Under the pieces are notes generated by a model, which saw only the letters and a list, made by a program, of their open reading frames with translations, did not search any database and was not told the DNA's origin. A stretch of DNA of 64,000 nt, from contig OY970290.1 in NCBI GenBank assembly GCA_963716205.1, positions 239,417-303,416 of the forward strand. The letters are read 5' to 3'. This document shows, in pieces, positions 59,073 through 64,000 of this stretch. The first letter of the stretch is position 1, and each line of letters starts with the position of its first letter. The DNA comes from an uncultured bacterium. GTDB taxonomy: Bacteria > Patescibacteriota > Minisyncoccia > Phycocordibacterales > GWA1-40-21. Position numbers and translations under genes: made by a program.

Positions 59073-59819
59073 ATGTCCGAATACTACAAAGGCACACGGG
59101 GAGCAGCGTGGAATTATGGCGGGAGGAATTGGAAACTGAGCCGGTCCAAAATAGATTTGTTTTTGGAATGCCCGCGATGCTTTTATCTCGACAACAAGCT
59201 CGGCGTGAAGCGCGTGCCGGGATTTCCATTTTCTATCAATAGCGCAGTGGATCATCTTTTGAAACAAGAATTTGATGCGCACCGGATAAAAGGCGAGCAG
59301 CATCCGATACAAAAAGAATACGGAGTGGACGCCAAGCCTGCGCCGCACGATGAGCTCGATGAATGGAGAAGAAATTTCGGCGGGGTGCGATACTTGCACG
59401 AGTCGACGGGAATGCTGATCACCGGAGCCATCGATGACCTTTGGATAAATAGTAAAGGCGAATATATTGTTGTTGATTATAAAGCCACAGCAAAAGAAGA
59501 AGCAGTCACCGAGCTTGATAAAGAATGGCAAGATGGATACAAAAGGCAGATGGAAGTGTATCAATGGCTTTTGCGGAAAAATGGATTAAAGGTAATTGAT
59601 ACTGGATATTTTGTTTATTGCACCGGCAGGATGGACAGGAAAGCGTTTGATAAGAGGATAGATTTTGATGTAAACTTGATTTCGTATAAAGGGTCTGATA
59701 CATGGGTGGAAAAAACTTTGCTTGATATCAAAAAATGTCTAGATGGCAAAATGCCAGCTACAGGCGCGGATTGCGATTGGTGCGCGTATTGGGATGCGAG
59801 GGAAAAGTTTGAAAAATAA
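59073..59819 (+). CDS. PD-(D/E)XK nuclease (AddB/Cas4-like)
   Basis: CPRC, GAIDD, VDYK, QMEVY, CDWC. Confidence 0.85.
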   Translation: MSEYYKGTRGAAWNYGGRNWKLSRSKIDLFLECPRCFYLDNKLGVKRVPGFPFSINSAVDHLLKQEFDAHRIKGEQHPIQKEYGVDAKPAPHDELDEWRRNFGGVRYLHESTGMLITGAIDDLWINSKGEYIVVDYKATAKEEAVTELDKEWQDGYKRQMEVYQWLLRKNGLKVIDTGYFVYCTGRMDRKAFDKRIDFDVNLISYKGSDTWVEKTLLDIKKCLDGKMPATGADCDWCAYWDAREKFEK

Positions 59820-59832
59820 TTTTAATAAAAAT

Positions 59833-60243
59833 ATGAATACAAAAATAAGAAATCAAGAATGGTACAGCCAGCTGAAGAAGCCGAAGTTTGCTCCGCCCGC
59901 ATCAGTTTTCGGTCCGGTATGGACGTTTCTTTATGCGATTATCGTTGTTTCATTTGTCTATGTTGCTTATCTTTATCTCGAGAATCAAATACCGTTTATT
60001 GTTTTTCTGCCGTTTTTCCTCAATTTGATTTTCAATGTTATTTTTGTGCCGATTCAGTTTGGTTTGAAAAATAATCTGCTTGCTGCAATTGATATTTTAT
60101 GTGTTCTTACAACGATCATTTGGTTTTTTGTTGCGATTTTCCCTTACGCTTCATGGGTTTTATATGTCAACATTCCGTATTTGTTATGGGTTGTTTTTGC
60201 CACGGTATTGCAGATAACGGTGACGTGGCTCAATAGGAAATAG
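59833..60243 (+). CDS. tspO: TspO/MBR family protein
   Basis: WYSQLKKP, PPASVFGPVWTFLY, PYLLWVVFA. Confidence 0.88.
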   Translation: MNTKIRNQEWYSQLKKPKFAPPASVFGPVWTFLYAIIVVSFVYVAYLYLENQIPFIVFLPFFLNLIFNVIFVPIQFGLKNNLLAAIDILCVLTTIIWFFVAIFPYASWVLYVNIPYLLWVVFATVLQITVTWLNRK

Positions 60244-60549
60244 ACTGTGGATAACTTTTTATTTGACTTTGAATATCGTTTCCTATATACTCTAAAAGCT
60301 TTATATGGAATGAGTTGCGGGTGCAAGCGCCAAAAATACTAGGCAGATAAGTTGCAAAGATCTTGCTTAAAAAAATAAGATAAAATTTTAGAGAGGAAAT
60401 CGGATACCTTGAAGGGAGAGGTGTCTATTTTGTTTTGTATAATTTACACTTACAAAAATTTTCTTTCCAGATTCCGTCGCTCTTATTTTTTTGCGCAAGA
60501 TATACTTTTATCAGCTGATTTTACCAACGTTTATTATTTTTTTATAAAC

Positions 60550-64000
<3,451 letters not shown>

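Noticed and set aside
59073-59819. cas4 of a CRISPR system
   Set aside because: No cas1, cas2 or array nearby; solo nucleases of this type are common.
60409-60549. N-terminal extension of RpoB in the ORF track
   Set aside because: Not RpoB-like; ATG at 60550 is the more plausible start and the region is probably leader sequence.

Overview
AT-rich bacterial chromosome segment. It is most consistent with a Patescibacteria/CPR (Parcubacteria-like) genome, judged from the short AlaRS, SD-less core genes, the FtsA-like/baseplate-J-like pair and the infA-to-rpsI cluster; this assignment is inference. The right half (25.5-64 kb) is backbone: tRNAs, MacAB-like ABC exporter, a giant surface protein, ychF, mnmA, sod, alaS, the alpha operon, grpE-dnaK-dnaJ and rpoBC. 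The left half holds the main discovery. Two tRNA-Ala genes (TGC at 1230 and GGC at 7505) each carry a tandem array of integrated units delimited by the 7-bp core GGTCCAC, which is the tRNA 3' end. The first unit of each array encodes a large serine recombinase (LSR) whose gene is split by the att site: when integrated, it has no stop of its own and reads into the antisense strand of the tRNA. The far end of five units carries an in-frame, conserved alternative C-terminal tail of 27-38 aa, and four of these end in LAA, LVA, SVA or SAA, resembling ssrA degrons. Excision or circularisation would swap this tail onto the recombinase. Three units of 1.1-1.4 kb have no recombinase and carry one cargo gene each, giving an integron-like cassette array apparently driven by a serine recombinase. 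The 15-kb unit also carries a nested LSR-HTH-BpsA-like fusion, conjugation relics, a four-gene restriction-modification system and an RloC-like ATPase. All calls are by eye from the sequence and ORF track; no database searches were run.
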